64,000 nt of DNA, taken from Pedosphaera sp. Lineage in GTDB: Bacteria; Verrucomicrobiota; Verrucomicrobiia; Limisphaerales; DSYF01. The position numbers and the translations under genes were made by a program. This document shows, piece after piece, positions 37,699-46,042 of the stretch. The stretch spans positions 2,920 through 66,919 of the forward strand of contig JAFMIZ010000004.1 in NCBI GenBank assembly GCA_017853715.1. Direction: 5' to 3'. How positions within the stretch are numbered: the first letter of the stretch is position 1; the number at the start of each line of letters is the position of its first letter. The notes under the pieces were generated by a model that worked only from the letters and a program-made list of their open reading frames with translations, had not been told where the DNA came from and did not search any database.

Positions 37699-39425
37699 TC
37701 CGGTGTTCGGGCAGCGATCAAAAATGTTTGATCGTCAGCCAGCGGCGCTTCGCCGCGGAAGTTTCCTAACTCCGTCAGTAGCGATTCGCGCATCGCAATG
37801 GCAGTATCGCTGTTCCGGGCGCTGGTGGCAAACCACTGTTGCAGCGCGGGCTGGCCAAAATGCTGGCCAGCAATATTCTTCGCTTCGCCGAGGCCATCCG
37901 TGCTCATCATCAGCGAGAATTGCGGAGCCAAGGCCAGACCCATTTCCTCAAATGAGGTGTCTGGTCGCACGCCCAAGGGCAGTCCCTCCGGCGACAACGC
38001 CTGGCAGTGGGTGGTGCCGCCGTGCCAGAGTAGGAGCGGTCCGTGACCAGCGCTGGCGATGATGACCCGATTGGCCTTCACATCCACCAACGCAAGTTGT
38101 GCGGTGATGAACATATCCACGGCGGATAGTTCATTATGCAACAATTGGTTGGCACGTGCGAGGAGCTGGCCAGGCTTGCGAAACAGCTCCGGCGCGGTAC
38201 GTAGGGCGGTGCGAAGTGTCGCGGCAAAGAGCGCGGCTGGCATGCCCTTGCCCATCACGTCAGCGATGACCAGCAGCGTCGCCTCATCACCCACTGGCAG
38301 GGCGTCGTAAAAATCACCACCGACCTGACGGGCACTTTCGCAGTGGCCGGCCATGCGCACACCGGGCAGGGAGGGCAGTTGCTGCGGCAGAAGCGAAAGC
38401 TGGATGTTGCGGGCGATTTCCAACTCGCGCTCCGTGGCCCGCGTGGTCAATTGCGCTTCGGCGGTGCGGGCCCGTTCGACTTGGATCATCAAGAAGTCTG
38501 CGAGCGTGCTGATGACATTGGTCTGGCTGGTGTTGAAGATGGTTGATCCAATCGTGCCTTGGCCTTTGGTGTTTCGGCCAAGGGTCAGCGTGCCCGCGAG
38601 TTGCTCGCTGCCAAAGATGGGATAAGCTAGCCCGCTGCTGGTGGCGTCGTTGAACCACACGGGGCGGCGTGACGAGGCGGCTTGGGCTTCCGGTTCCTGT
38701 GGCAGGACTCCACTGGCGTCCAAGATGACCGAGGGATGATCCGGGTCCGCACCCGAGTTCGCAAACACTTCGAGGGATTTGGCGTCAGCGGACAAAAGAC
38801 GCAGCACGGACCAATCGGCTTTGACGATGCGTTGCAGGTCGTTGAGCAGTTGCTGGGCGAAGGCCTGAAACTGCGTGCCAGCGTGCGCGGCTGCGCTGTG
38901 CCGAAAAATCGCGGCGAGGCTTTCGTAACAGGAGCTGACCTCGTCGATCAGTTGCTCGGTGACGGAGTCGCGTGGGGCCAAATCTGTCTCCTTGGGTCGC
39001 GACGTGCGCACGTGACGGAAGAAGAGAATGTTTTCATCCTGCCCGCGCAAATAGCCTGCGCGATCGGAAACCGAGTGGATAATAAATAGTCCGCGACCGC
39101 TCTCGCTGCCTTGCTCGGGTAGGGCGATGTCCTTTGGCCAGTCAAAGCCGTGCGTGTGGTCAGTCACGCGAATCTCGATGGCGTCCCGTGTTACCTGCGT
39201 TTCGATGCGAATGGGGAAGCTGTGTGCGTCCGAGGGTGCATGGTGAATTGCGTTGTTGCACGCCTCGGCAAGGGCTAGGCCGCAGGCGGTCATTTCGTCG
39301 TGGTTGCAATTCTGCTCGGCGAGGAATGCGGCAATCTCCTGCGCGGCAGGACGAACTTCCTTGAGGTCGCAGGGGACGGTCAGTCGGAGCGTGGCAGGAC
39401 GAGTGGCTCCAATTTCCGTGAGCAT
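37695..39425 (-). CDS. Fusion protein: RsbW-like anti-sigma kinase (HATPase_c_2) - GAF-like region - PP2C/SpoIIE phosphatase
   Basis: N-box EACNNAIHHA, G1 DHTHGFDW and G2 GRGLFII at the N-terminus. C-terminal PP2C motifs are VGGDFYD, IADVMGKGMPAA, STDGL and DDQTF. Confidence 0.8.
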   Translation of the reverse strand: MLTEIGATRPATLRLTVPCDLKEVRPAAQEIAAFLAEQNCNHDEMTACGLALAEACNNAIHHAPSDAHSFPIRIETQVTRDAIEIRVTDHTHGFDWPKDIALPEQGSESGRGLFIIHSVSDRAGYLRGQDENILFFRHVRTSRPKETDLAPRDSVTEQLIDEVSSCYESLAAIFRHSAAAHAGTQFQAFAQQLLNDLQRIVKADWSVLRLLSADAKSLEVFANSGADPDHPSVILDASGVLPQEPEAQAASSRRPVWFNDATSSGLAYPIFGSEQLAGTLTLGRNTKGQGTIGSTIFNTSQTNVISTLADFLMIQVERARTAEAQLTTRATERELEIARNIQLSLLPQQLPSLPGVRMAGHCESARQVGGDFYDALPVGDEATLLVIADVMGKGMPAALFAATLRTALRTAPELFRKPGQLLARANQLLHNELSAVDMFITAQLALVDVKANRVIIASAGHGPLLLWHGGTTHCQALSPEGLPLGVRPDTSFEEMGLALAPQFSLMMSTDGLGEAKNIAGQHFGQPALQQWFATSARNSDTAIAMRESLLTELGNFRGEAPLADDQTFLIAARTPE

Positions 39426-39427
39426 GG

Positions 39428-39730
39428 TCAGCCCTTGACGATCTTGAAAACGCGATGCAGGCGGGTCAGTTCCAACACTCGTTCCACGGCAGACTGAGGG
39501 CGCAGCAAACTGACTTTACCGCCACGGTCACAGGCGGTCTTGTGCAAGGCGATCAGGGCCCCGAGCCCACAGCTGTCGAGAAATGAAGTTTGCGAGAGGT
39601 CCACTTCGATGTTGATCAGTCCGGGCGCCAGGGCGGCGCGCGCCTGGTCTCGAACGACGTTGGAGTTGGCGGCACCAAGTTCAGCGATGTCAGTGATGCG
39701 AAGCGTGTCGCCTTGCGGCTCAAGTTTCAT
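39428..39730 (-). CDS. STAS-domain anti-sigma-factor antagonist
   Basis: RsbV/SpoIIAA-like sequence (LSQTSFLDSCGLGALIAL) with the phosphorylatable Ser context. I chose the ATG at 39730. The track GTG is at 39763. Confidence 0.8.
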   Translation of the reverse strand: MKLEPQGDTLRITDIAELGAANSNVVRDQARAALAPGLINIEVDLSQTSFLDSCGLGALIALHKTACDRGGKVSLLRPQSAVERVLELTRLHRVFKIVKG

Positions 39731-39835
39731 GGCTGTGATTGAAATGGCGGCATTGCGCGCCACGTGAACTGCTTCATGGCTTGATAGCGAATCTTGGCCG
39801 CCAGATAAAGCCCGAAATCACCTGCGACTGAAATG

Positions 39836-41197
39836 TTACCTGGTCGCGACGTCCTCGCCGATTGCACGTTCCATGCTGGCGCGGGCCACGAGATAAGCAT
39901 GCAGCGCCTCATTCTTGATGGTGCGCGCCTCCGTCAGGGAGGTTTCGGCGTCGAGCACATCGAGTTGCGTGCCCGTGCCTGCGTCGTAGCGTGACTTCGC
40001 GAGGCGCAGGGCTTCGTCGGCTTGCTCCACCACTTTCTCGGTTGACACGAGAACTTCCTTTGCCTCGATGAACGTGGAGTAAGCGGTGCGCACTTCCAGT
40101 TCGATGCGACGGCTTGCATCCTCCAACTCCAGACCAGCCTTTTTCTCGCGGGCGCGAGCTTCCATCACTTTGCCCCTGGAACTGCCGCCGTCGAAGAAAG
40201 ACCATTTCATTTCCGCACCCGCCGCCCAGCCCTCGATGTCATTGCCGAGATCGTCGCTGAAGGCGGTATTGCGCCAGCCGTAGCCACCGTAGATTTGGAT
40301 GCTGGGCTTGTAGCCTGACTTCGCGTTGATGATGTCTTCCTTGGCCAACCCTTCCGAGGCGCGCAAGGCGGTCAGTTCTGGCCGTCGCTCCAAGGCCTGC
40401 GTAATCGCTGCGGGCAATTCGACGCTGTAAGGAACCACTTCCAGTTTATCGGTGAGTTGCAGCGGGATGTCCTCCCAGATGCCGGCGGGCAGATTGTAGC
40501 CAAGCAGGTTTGCCAAGGTGTTTTTGGAGATGCGCCAGGCATTGCGGGCGCGGCTTAGACGGGGCTTGGCGTTGGCCAACTCAACCTCGGCACGCAGCAC
40601 GTTGAAGCGCGGCACCGTGCCCGCGTCGTAACGACGCGTGGTGTCTTCGAGTTCCTTCTGAAGGAGTTCGATCGAGGCGGTGCGCACTTTGATCTGTTGC
40701 TCGGCCAGCAGCGTGTCGTAGTAAGCCCGCCGCACTTCGAGCAGGGTGTCCGCCACGGCGGCTTGGTATTGGGCCATGGACTGCTCCCGCGTAAGCTTGG
40801 ACGCGCGCAGGGCGGACGAAACTCGCCCCCCCTCATAGATGGATTGCACGAGGCGGATGTTGGCGTTCCAGTTCTGCTCCTGCTGGAAAGGGAACCCCAG
40901 CGGGGAAGGTTCGATGGCGTCGGTATATTCGTATTTGCCACCCGATTGCAGCTTGGGCATGACGATGGCGCGGGTCTGGACGATGATGCCATGGGCAGCC
41001 TCCACGTCCTGCTGTCGTTTCAGGATGGCAGCGTTCTGCTCGAGCGCCACGTTGATGGCGTCCGTGAGCGCGAGTGGCTCGGACAACCAACCCGGGATGC
41101 CATTGGTGGTGCCGGTTTCCGCGCCAGCCGCAGCAAGAGCGGTGGAAAACGTGAGGGTGCAGTTTAAAATCCAGTTGCGAATCGAGCGAGTATTCAT
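39836..41197 (-). CDS. TolC-family outer membrane efflux protein
   Basis: Signal peptide and two OEP repeats (LTDAINVALEQNAAIL ..., coiled alpha-barrel pattern). Confidence 0.85.
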   Translation of the reverse strand: MNTRSIRNWILNCTLTFSTALAAAGAETGTTNGIPGWLSEPLALTDAINVALEQNAAILKRQQDVEAAHGIIVQTRAIVMPKLQSGGKYEYTDAIEPSPLGFPFQQEQNWNANIRLVQSIYEGGRVSSALRASKLTREQSMAQYQAAVADTLLEVRRAYYDTLLAEQQIKVRTASIELLQKELEDTTRRYDAGTVPRFNVLRAEVELANAKPRLSRARNAWRISKNTLANLLGYNLPAGIWEDIPLQLTDKLEVVPYSVELPAAITQALERRPELTALRASEGLAKEDIINAKSGYKPSIQIYGGYGWRNTAFSDDLGNDIEGWAAGAEMKWSFFDGGSSRGKVMEARAREKKAGLELEDASRRIELEVRTAYSTFIEAKEVLVSTEKVVEQADEALRLAKSRYDAGTGTQLDVLDAETSLTEARTIKNEALHAYLVARASMERAIGEDVATR

Positions 41198-41315
41198 GGG
41201 TGACCGCCAATGCGTCCTGACAATTCAGGTGATAGCCGCCGCTGTCAAGCGGGCAGGCGCAATACCAGTCCTGTTGTTCAGCTCCCTCAAGCAGCTGATG
41301 CTTTCGTTGCCTGCG

Positions 41316-42404
41316 TCAGGCCACGCCAAAACGATGCACCGTGGTCTGCCGATAAATCTGGTCGGGCCGGAGCAGGGTAGTGGGAAAATGCGGCTTGTTC
41401 GGGGAATCCGGGTAGTGCTGCGCCTCCAGACAAAACGCCTCGTGTGGTTGGTAAGCCCAGCCACCCTTGCCGACGAGCGAGCCGTCGAGCCAGTTGGCCG
41501 TATAGAGTTGGATGCCGGGTTCAGTCGTCAGCACTTCCATGGTGCGGCCCGATTTGGGTTCCACCACGCGGGCCGCGAGCATCAGCGTGCCGCCACCGCC
41601 GCGAAGCACAAAGTTGTGATCATAGCCCGGGGGCTTGCCGCCGAGGGTCTTGAATCGCGAACCGATGGCCGTCGGCTTGTTGAAGTCAAAGGGTGTTCCG
41701 GCTACGCTCCAAATTTCACCCGTGGGAATGTCGAACTTGTCCTTGGGCGTGTAGAAGTCTGATTCCAGCGTGAGCTTGTGGCCTTTGATATCACCCCGGC
41801 CCGCGAGATTGAAATAGCTGTGATTGGTCAGGTTGACGTGCGTGGGCTTGGTGGTGCGCGCGAAGTAATCAATGGCAAGCTCGTTTTCGTCTGTCAGCGC
41901 GATAATCACCGTGGCGTCGAGTTTGCCAGGGAAGCCTTCTTCTCCGTCGGCGCTGCTATGGGTGAACTTGACCGCCGCGCCCTTGAGTGGAGTGGCTTTC
42001 CAGACGGCCTTGTCAAAACCCTTGATGCCGCCGTGCAGGCAGTTGGGGCCATTGTTGATGGGAAGCCGGTAAGTCTTGTCGCCAAGCGTGAAGCGTCCGT
42101 TGGCAATGCGATTGGCAAATCGTCCAACCGTGCAACCGAAGTAAGGATGGCCCTTGAGGTATTGCGCCAGATTGTCGAAGCCCAGCACGACATCCGCCAT
42201 GCGCCCTTGGCGATCGGGCACGTGCAGTTCCGTGATGATGGTGCCGTAATTGGTTACTTTGGCAACGAGGCCGTGCTTGTTGGTCAGGGTGAACAAGTCA
42301 ATGGGCTTGCCGGAGGGAAGTTTGCCAAACGGTGTCTTGCGCAGGGATCGGTTCATGTGGGCGTTTCCTGTTTCCTCCAGCATAAGATTGCTTGGCAAGG
42401 TCAT
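41316..42404 (-). CDS. galM: Aldose 1-epimerase (galactose mutarotase)
   Basis: NYGTIITEL, VGRFANRIANGRF, LHGG, NLTNHSYFNL and FCLEAQHYPDSPN motifs. An alternative ATG lies at 42356. Confidence 0.9.
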   Translation of the reverse strand: MTLPSNLMLEETGNAHMNRSLRKTPFGKLPSGKPIDLFTLTNKHGLVAKVTNYGTIITELHVPDRQGRMADVVLGFDNLAQYLKGHPYFGCTVGRFANRIANGRFTLGDKTYRLPINNGPNCLHGGIKGFDKAVWKATPLKGAAVKFTHSSADGEEGFPGKLDATVIIALTDENELAIDYFARTTKPTHVNLTNHSYFNLAGRGDIKGHKLTLESDFYTPKDKFDIPTGEIWSVAGTPFDFNKPTAIGSRFKTLGGKPPGYDHNFVLRGGGGTLMLAARVVEPKSGRTMEVLTTEPGIQLYTANWLDGSLVGKGGWAYQPHEAFCLEAQHYPDSPNKPHFPTTLLRPDQIYRQTTVHRFGVA

Positions 42405-42410
42405 TCCAGC

Positions 42411-42439
42411 AAAAAGCCCGCACGGCGAACCGTGCGGGC
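42411..42439 (-). terminator. Intrinsic terminator between the small membrane protein gene and galM
   Basis: The minus-strand RNA reads GCCCGCACGG-UUCG-CCGUGCGGGC followed by UUUUU. This is a 10-bp GC stem. Confidence 0.75.
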
Positions 42440-42458
42440 GTGATGCAAAGGGCGCAGC

Positions 42459-42668
42459 TTATTTGTTCTGCTTCTTCGCCTTGATGGCCATCATCAGCAT
42501 CCAGCCGCCGAAGATCAGCAGGAAGATGCCCCAGACGAGGTTGATGTTCGTGCCGGCGGGTTGGTGATACTGAGCGGGGTCAGCTTTGGCGACCAGACCG
42601 TAAACGGCCATGAGGGCGCCAATGATGCTGAACATGAGACCGATCGGATAGCGGATGTCGAGACCCAT
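42459..42668 (-). CDS. Small two-TM membrane protein
   Basis: 69 aa with two hydrophobic helices. It lies 28 nt downstream of the symporter gene on the same strand. Confidence 0.5.
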   Translation of the reverse strand: MGLDIRYPIGLMFSIIGALMAVYGLVAKADPAQYHQPAGTNINLVWGIFLLIFGGWMLMMAIKAKKQNK

Positions 42669-42695
42669 AATGTTATTCCTTTCGTGGGTTAAGGG

Positions 42696-44639
42696 TTACC
42701 AGAAGATGATGTTCATGAGCACGCAGACGGCGAGCAGGATGATGCCCACCACGGCGGGTTTGAGATACCAGGAGGTTTCCTCGTCCTTCAGTCTGGGCGT
42801 GAGCGAATAGACCAAGCCCTTCAGCTCGTCGTCCGTCTTCGTGCGTGCGGTGGTCAGCGAGATGCCAGCGGTCAGCACGAAGCACACGGTGAAAGCGAAG
42901 GCGGCGAGCCAGAAGTTCTGCGCCATATCGCTCGGGAAGGTGGCGACCTGCGCGATATAGCCGCCTTTCACGCCGGGGACGTTGCCAACGGCAATCGTCA
43001 TGGCATGGAACAAAGCCGAGGTGGCGGTGCCCAGCAGCAGGCCAACAAAGGCTCCGGTGGCCGTGGTGCGCGCCCAGAACATGCCGAGCAGGAACGTGGC
43101 GAACAGCGGCGCGTTCACGAACCCGAACACAAGCTGGATGATGTCCATCGCGTTCGTCCACATGCTGGCGAAGTAGGCGGCGCCGATGCTGAGCAGGATG
43201 CCCACCACGGTTACCGCGCGTCCCATCCAGGCGTAATGTTCATCGCTCTTGTGGGGGGCGATGTAGGCTTGATAGAGGTCGTAGGTCCATACGGTGTTGA
43301 ACGCAGTGACGTTGCCGGCCATACCGGACATGAACGACGCAAGCAAAGCGGTGAGCGCCAGACCGAGCAGGCCGGGCGGGCAGTAGCGTTTGACCAGCGA
43401 GAGAATCACGCCGTCGTAATCGTTGACCACGGCGTCCTGCAAACGCGGCTTGAGGGCGTCATCGGACAGGCTGGCCAGCGCGGGATCTTTCACCAGCGCT
43501 TCAACCTTGGCCGTATTGAACCCGACGCCCGCCGCGGAAGAGACGCTCTTGATCGTCTCCTTGAGGTCAGCGTTCTGGGCGGCCGACTCTTTCAACGCTG
43601 CGATGGCGGCGGGATATTTGGCCTCCACGATCTGCGATTGCGGCAGGCGATAGCCCTTGTCCGGGATGGCGGTGAGCGCCACGGCGATCATGCCAGGCAG
43701 AATTACGAGCACCGGGAACACCATCTTCGGGACGGCAGCGATGAGCGGGGTGCGGCGGGCGGCGCTCATGTTCTTGGCCGCCATGGCGCGCTGCACAACG
43801 AGGAAGTTGGTGCACCAGTAACCGAACGACAGCACGAAGCCGAGGCCGAAGACCATCGCGAAGATGTCCACACCCATGGGGTTGGCGGAGGGGCCGCCGA
43901 TCAGCGGCTGCCAAGCACTGGTCCACGCGTTGGGTTCGAACTTCTTCGCCGCATCGTCCACCAGGTTTACGGCCGCTGGATTTGAAGCGACATTGGTGAG
44001 CTGTTGCTTCACGCCCGACCAACCGCCTGCGTCCTTGAGGCCGAGATATACAACCGGCGCGAAGCCGAGGACGATCATGAAGAACTGCAGCACTTCGGTG
44101 TAAATGGCCGAGGTGAGACCGCCCTTGAGCACATACACCAGCACAATGCCTGAGCAGATCCAGAGCGCCATGTGGTAATCCCAGCCGAGCAACTGATTCA
44201 ACAGCTTGGCCAATGCGTTCATGGAAATCCCGGAGGCGAACACCGTCATCACGGCGAATGACACCGAGTTCAACGCACGCACGCGCTCATCGAATCGTAG
44301 CTTGAGGTATTCCGGCACGGAGCGTGCCTTGGAGCCGTAATAGAACGGCATCATGAACACGGCGAGGAAGACCATCGCCGGGATCGCGCCTACCCAATAG
44401 AAGTGGGCGGTGGCGATGCCATATTTCGCGCCGGAGGCGGCCATGCCTACCAGTTCCAGCGCGCCCAGATTCGCGGAGATGAACGCGAGTCCGGTGACCC
44501 ACGCGGGGATGGAGCGGCCGGACGTGAGAAAGTCCGACGAGCTCTTCATGTATTTCTTCAACGCGAATCCGATTCCGACCACGAACGCTGTGTAAAGCGC
44601 CAAGATCGAGTAATCAATCCATGTCAGGTCTATGTGCAT
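42696..44639 (-). CDS. Sodium:solute symporter (SSS/SGLT family), probable sugar (galactose) transporter
   Basis: SSS N-terminal signature (SSSDFLTSGRSIPAWVTGLAFISANLGALELVG) and about 14 TMs. It sits between galK and galM. Confidence 0.85.
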   Translation of the reverse strand: MHIDLTWIDYSILALYTAFVVGIGFALKKYMKSSSDFLTSGRSIPAWVTGLAFISANLGALELVGMAASGAKYGIATAHFYWVGAIPAMVFLAVFMMPFYYGSKARSVPEYLKLRFDERVRALNSVSFAVMTVFASGISMNALAKLLNQLLGWDYHMALWICSGIVLVYVLKGGLTSAIYTEVLQFFMIVLGFAPVVYLGLKDAGGWSGVKQQLTNVASNPAAVNLVDDAAKKFEPNAWTSAWQPLIGGPSANPMGVDIFAMVFGLGFVLSFGYWCTNFLVVQRAMAAKNMSAARRTPLIAAVPKMVFPVLVILPGMIAVALTAIPDKGYRLPQSQIVEAKYPAAIAALKESAAQNADLKETIKSVSSAAGVGFNTAKVEALVKDPALASLSDDALKPRLQDAVVNDYDGVILSLVKRYCPPGLLGLALTALLASFMSGMAGNVTAFNTVWTYDLYQAYIAPHKSDEHYAWMGRAVTVVGILLSIGAAYFASMWTNAMDIIQLVFGFVNAPLFATFLLGMFWARTTATGAFVGLLLGTATSALFHAMTIAVGNVPGVKGGYIAQVATFPSDMAQNFWLAAFAFTVCFVLTAGISLTTARTKTDDELKGLVYSLTPRLKDEETSWYLKPAVVGIILLAVCVLMNIIFW

Positions 44640-44683
44640 AATGTTCTAGTTATTAGTTTTTAGGGTAGGGGTAGGGGAAGCGT

Positions 44684-45865
44684 TCAGCCTTTGATTAGGG
44701 TTGCCCCTTGGCTGGGGCGGGAAACGAACAGGCTTGGGGTGATCTTGGTCCTGGCCTTGTAAGCCTGGGCAATTTTTGCGGCAATAGCCTTCACTTGGGA
44801 GGACTCAACCAGCGCCACGCAGCAGCCGCCAAAGCCGCCACCGGTCATGCGGCAGCCGTAAACGCCGCCCTTCAGGCCGATGCCGTGGGCGATCTCCACC
44901 ACGTCGTCCAACTCCGGGCAACTGACTTCATAATCACCGCGCAACGAACCGTGGCTGGCATACATCAAGTCGCCGGCCAGCTTCCAGTTGCCGCTCGCGA
45001 ATGCCTTGGCGGCCGTGATGGTGCGCTCGATCTCGGTGACCACGTGGCGCGCACGACGAAATTCAATGTTGGTCAACTTGCTTGGTGCTGCGTTCACGTC
45101 AGCCAACGTGCAACTGCGCAGTGATTTCACCCCGAGTGCTTTTGCGGCGGCCTCGCACTGACGACGGCGATCAGGATATTCGCTGCCCGTCAGTTCGTGC
45201 TTCACGTTGGTGTTGATGACGAGGATGGCGACCGACTTGGATTTCATCGGCACCTGCTTGGTCTTGGTCGTCTGGCAGTCCAGCAACAGCACGTGGTCGG
45301 CCTTGCCCATGACGGAAATGAACTGGTCCATGATGCCGCAGGGCATGAGGGCGAATTCGTGCTCGGCCTTTTGGGCTATCAAGCCTTTTTGCACTTGGGT
45401 GAGTTTCTTCTTGGTGATGGCTTCCAACAAAGTCGCGGTGGCGACTTCGAGCGCTGCGCTGCTGGAAACGCCGCCGCCAAGCGGCACCGTGGATTCGATG
45501 TGCGCGTCGAAGCCGGGGATCTTACAGCCGAGCCGTTGAAAGCCGACGATCACTCCTTTGACGTAGTTCGCCCAGGAGGGCTCGCCCCGCTTGATGGGTT
45601 TGGACAGGTCGATGGTCGCCGCGCCTTCGGCCGTGCTGCTGGTCAGAATGATTTTGTTCGAGCCATTGGGAGCCGCGGCGATCACCGTGTAGCGCTCCAG
45701 TGCCATCGGGAACACGAAACCGTCGTTATAGTCAGTGTGCTCTCCGATCAGGTTCACGCGTCCGGGGGCAGCGGCAATCCATGAAGCAATTTTGCCGCTG
45801 CGCTTTTGGAAATTCTTAGCCGTGGTGGCTGCCAAAGTTTTCAGTGGAGTGTTGGTGCCAATCAT
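44684..45865 (-). CDS. galK: Galactokinase
   Basis: Galactokinase signature GRVNLIGEHTDYNDG and the GHMP motif PLGGGVSSSAALEVA. Confidence 0.9.
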   Translation of the reverse strand: MIGTNTPLKTLAATTAKNFQKRSGKIASWIAAAPGRVNLIGEHTDYNDGFVFPMALERYTVIAAAPNGSNKIILTSSTAEGAATIDLSKPIKRGEPSWANYVKGVIVGFQRLGCKIPGFDAHIESTVPLGGGVSSSAALEVATATLLEAITKKKLTQVQKGLIAQKAEHEFALMPCGIMDQFISVMGKADHVLLLDCQTTKTKQVPMKSKSVAILVINTNVKHELTGSEYPDRRRQCEAAAKALGVKSLRSCTLADVNAAPSKLTNIEFRRARHVVTEIERTITAAKAFASGNWKLAGDLMYASHGSLRGDYEVSCPELDDVVEIAHGIGLKGGVYGCRMTGGGFGGCCVALVESSQVKAIAAKIAQAYKARTKITPSLFVSRPSQGATLIKG

Positions 45866-45906
45866 TGTGAGTTGATGCTGTGAGCTGATTCGTTCGGTAA
45901 AAAAGT

Positions 45907-45922
45907 CTTCAATTAATTGAAG
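45907..45922. promoter_or_regulatory. Perfect 16-bp AT-rich palindrome upstream of galK (operator candidate, or a weak terminator)
   Basis: CTTCAATTAATTGAAG lies 42 nt upstream of the galK ATG. Confidence 0.4.
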
Positions 45923-46042
45923 CCATGAGCCGCATCCAGCGTAAGGACGCAGGAAGAGACCCGATTGAATCGTCGCCGGGGGAGGGTCAGCGGGCGGTTC
46001 AATTGTGACGCAGTGTGCCAGAGGCGCTGGGAATGGAGCCAG

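Noticed and set aside
40839-41762. 307-aa plus-strand ORF, plus similar long shadow ORFs at 14397..15281, 43005..43985 and 46199..47122
   Set aside because: Each is antisense to a gene with clear family motifs (TolC/galM, PPTase, SSS symporter, ABC exporter). None has recognisable motifs of its own.
44655-44683. GGTAGGGGTAGGGGAAG G-rich tandem repeat between the galK stop and the symporter start
   Set aside because: It has only two short tracts, lies within a 44-nt intra-operon spacer, and has too few G-runs for a quadruplex. It is probably just a spacer or ribosome-binding context.
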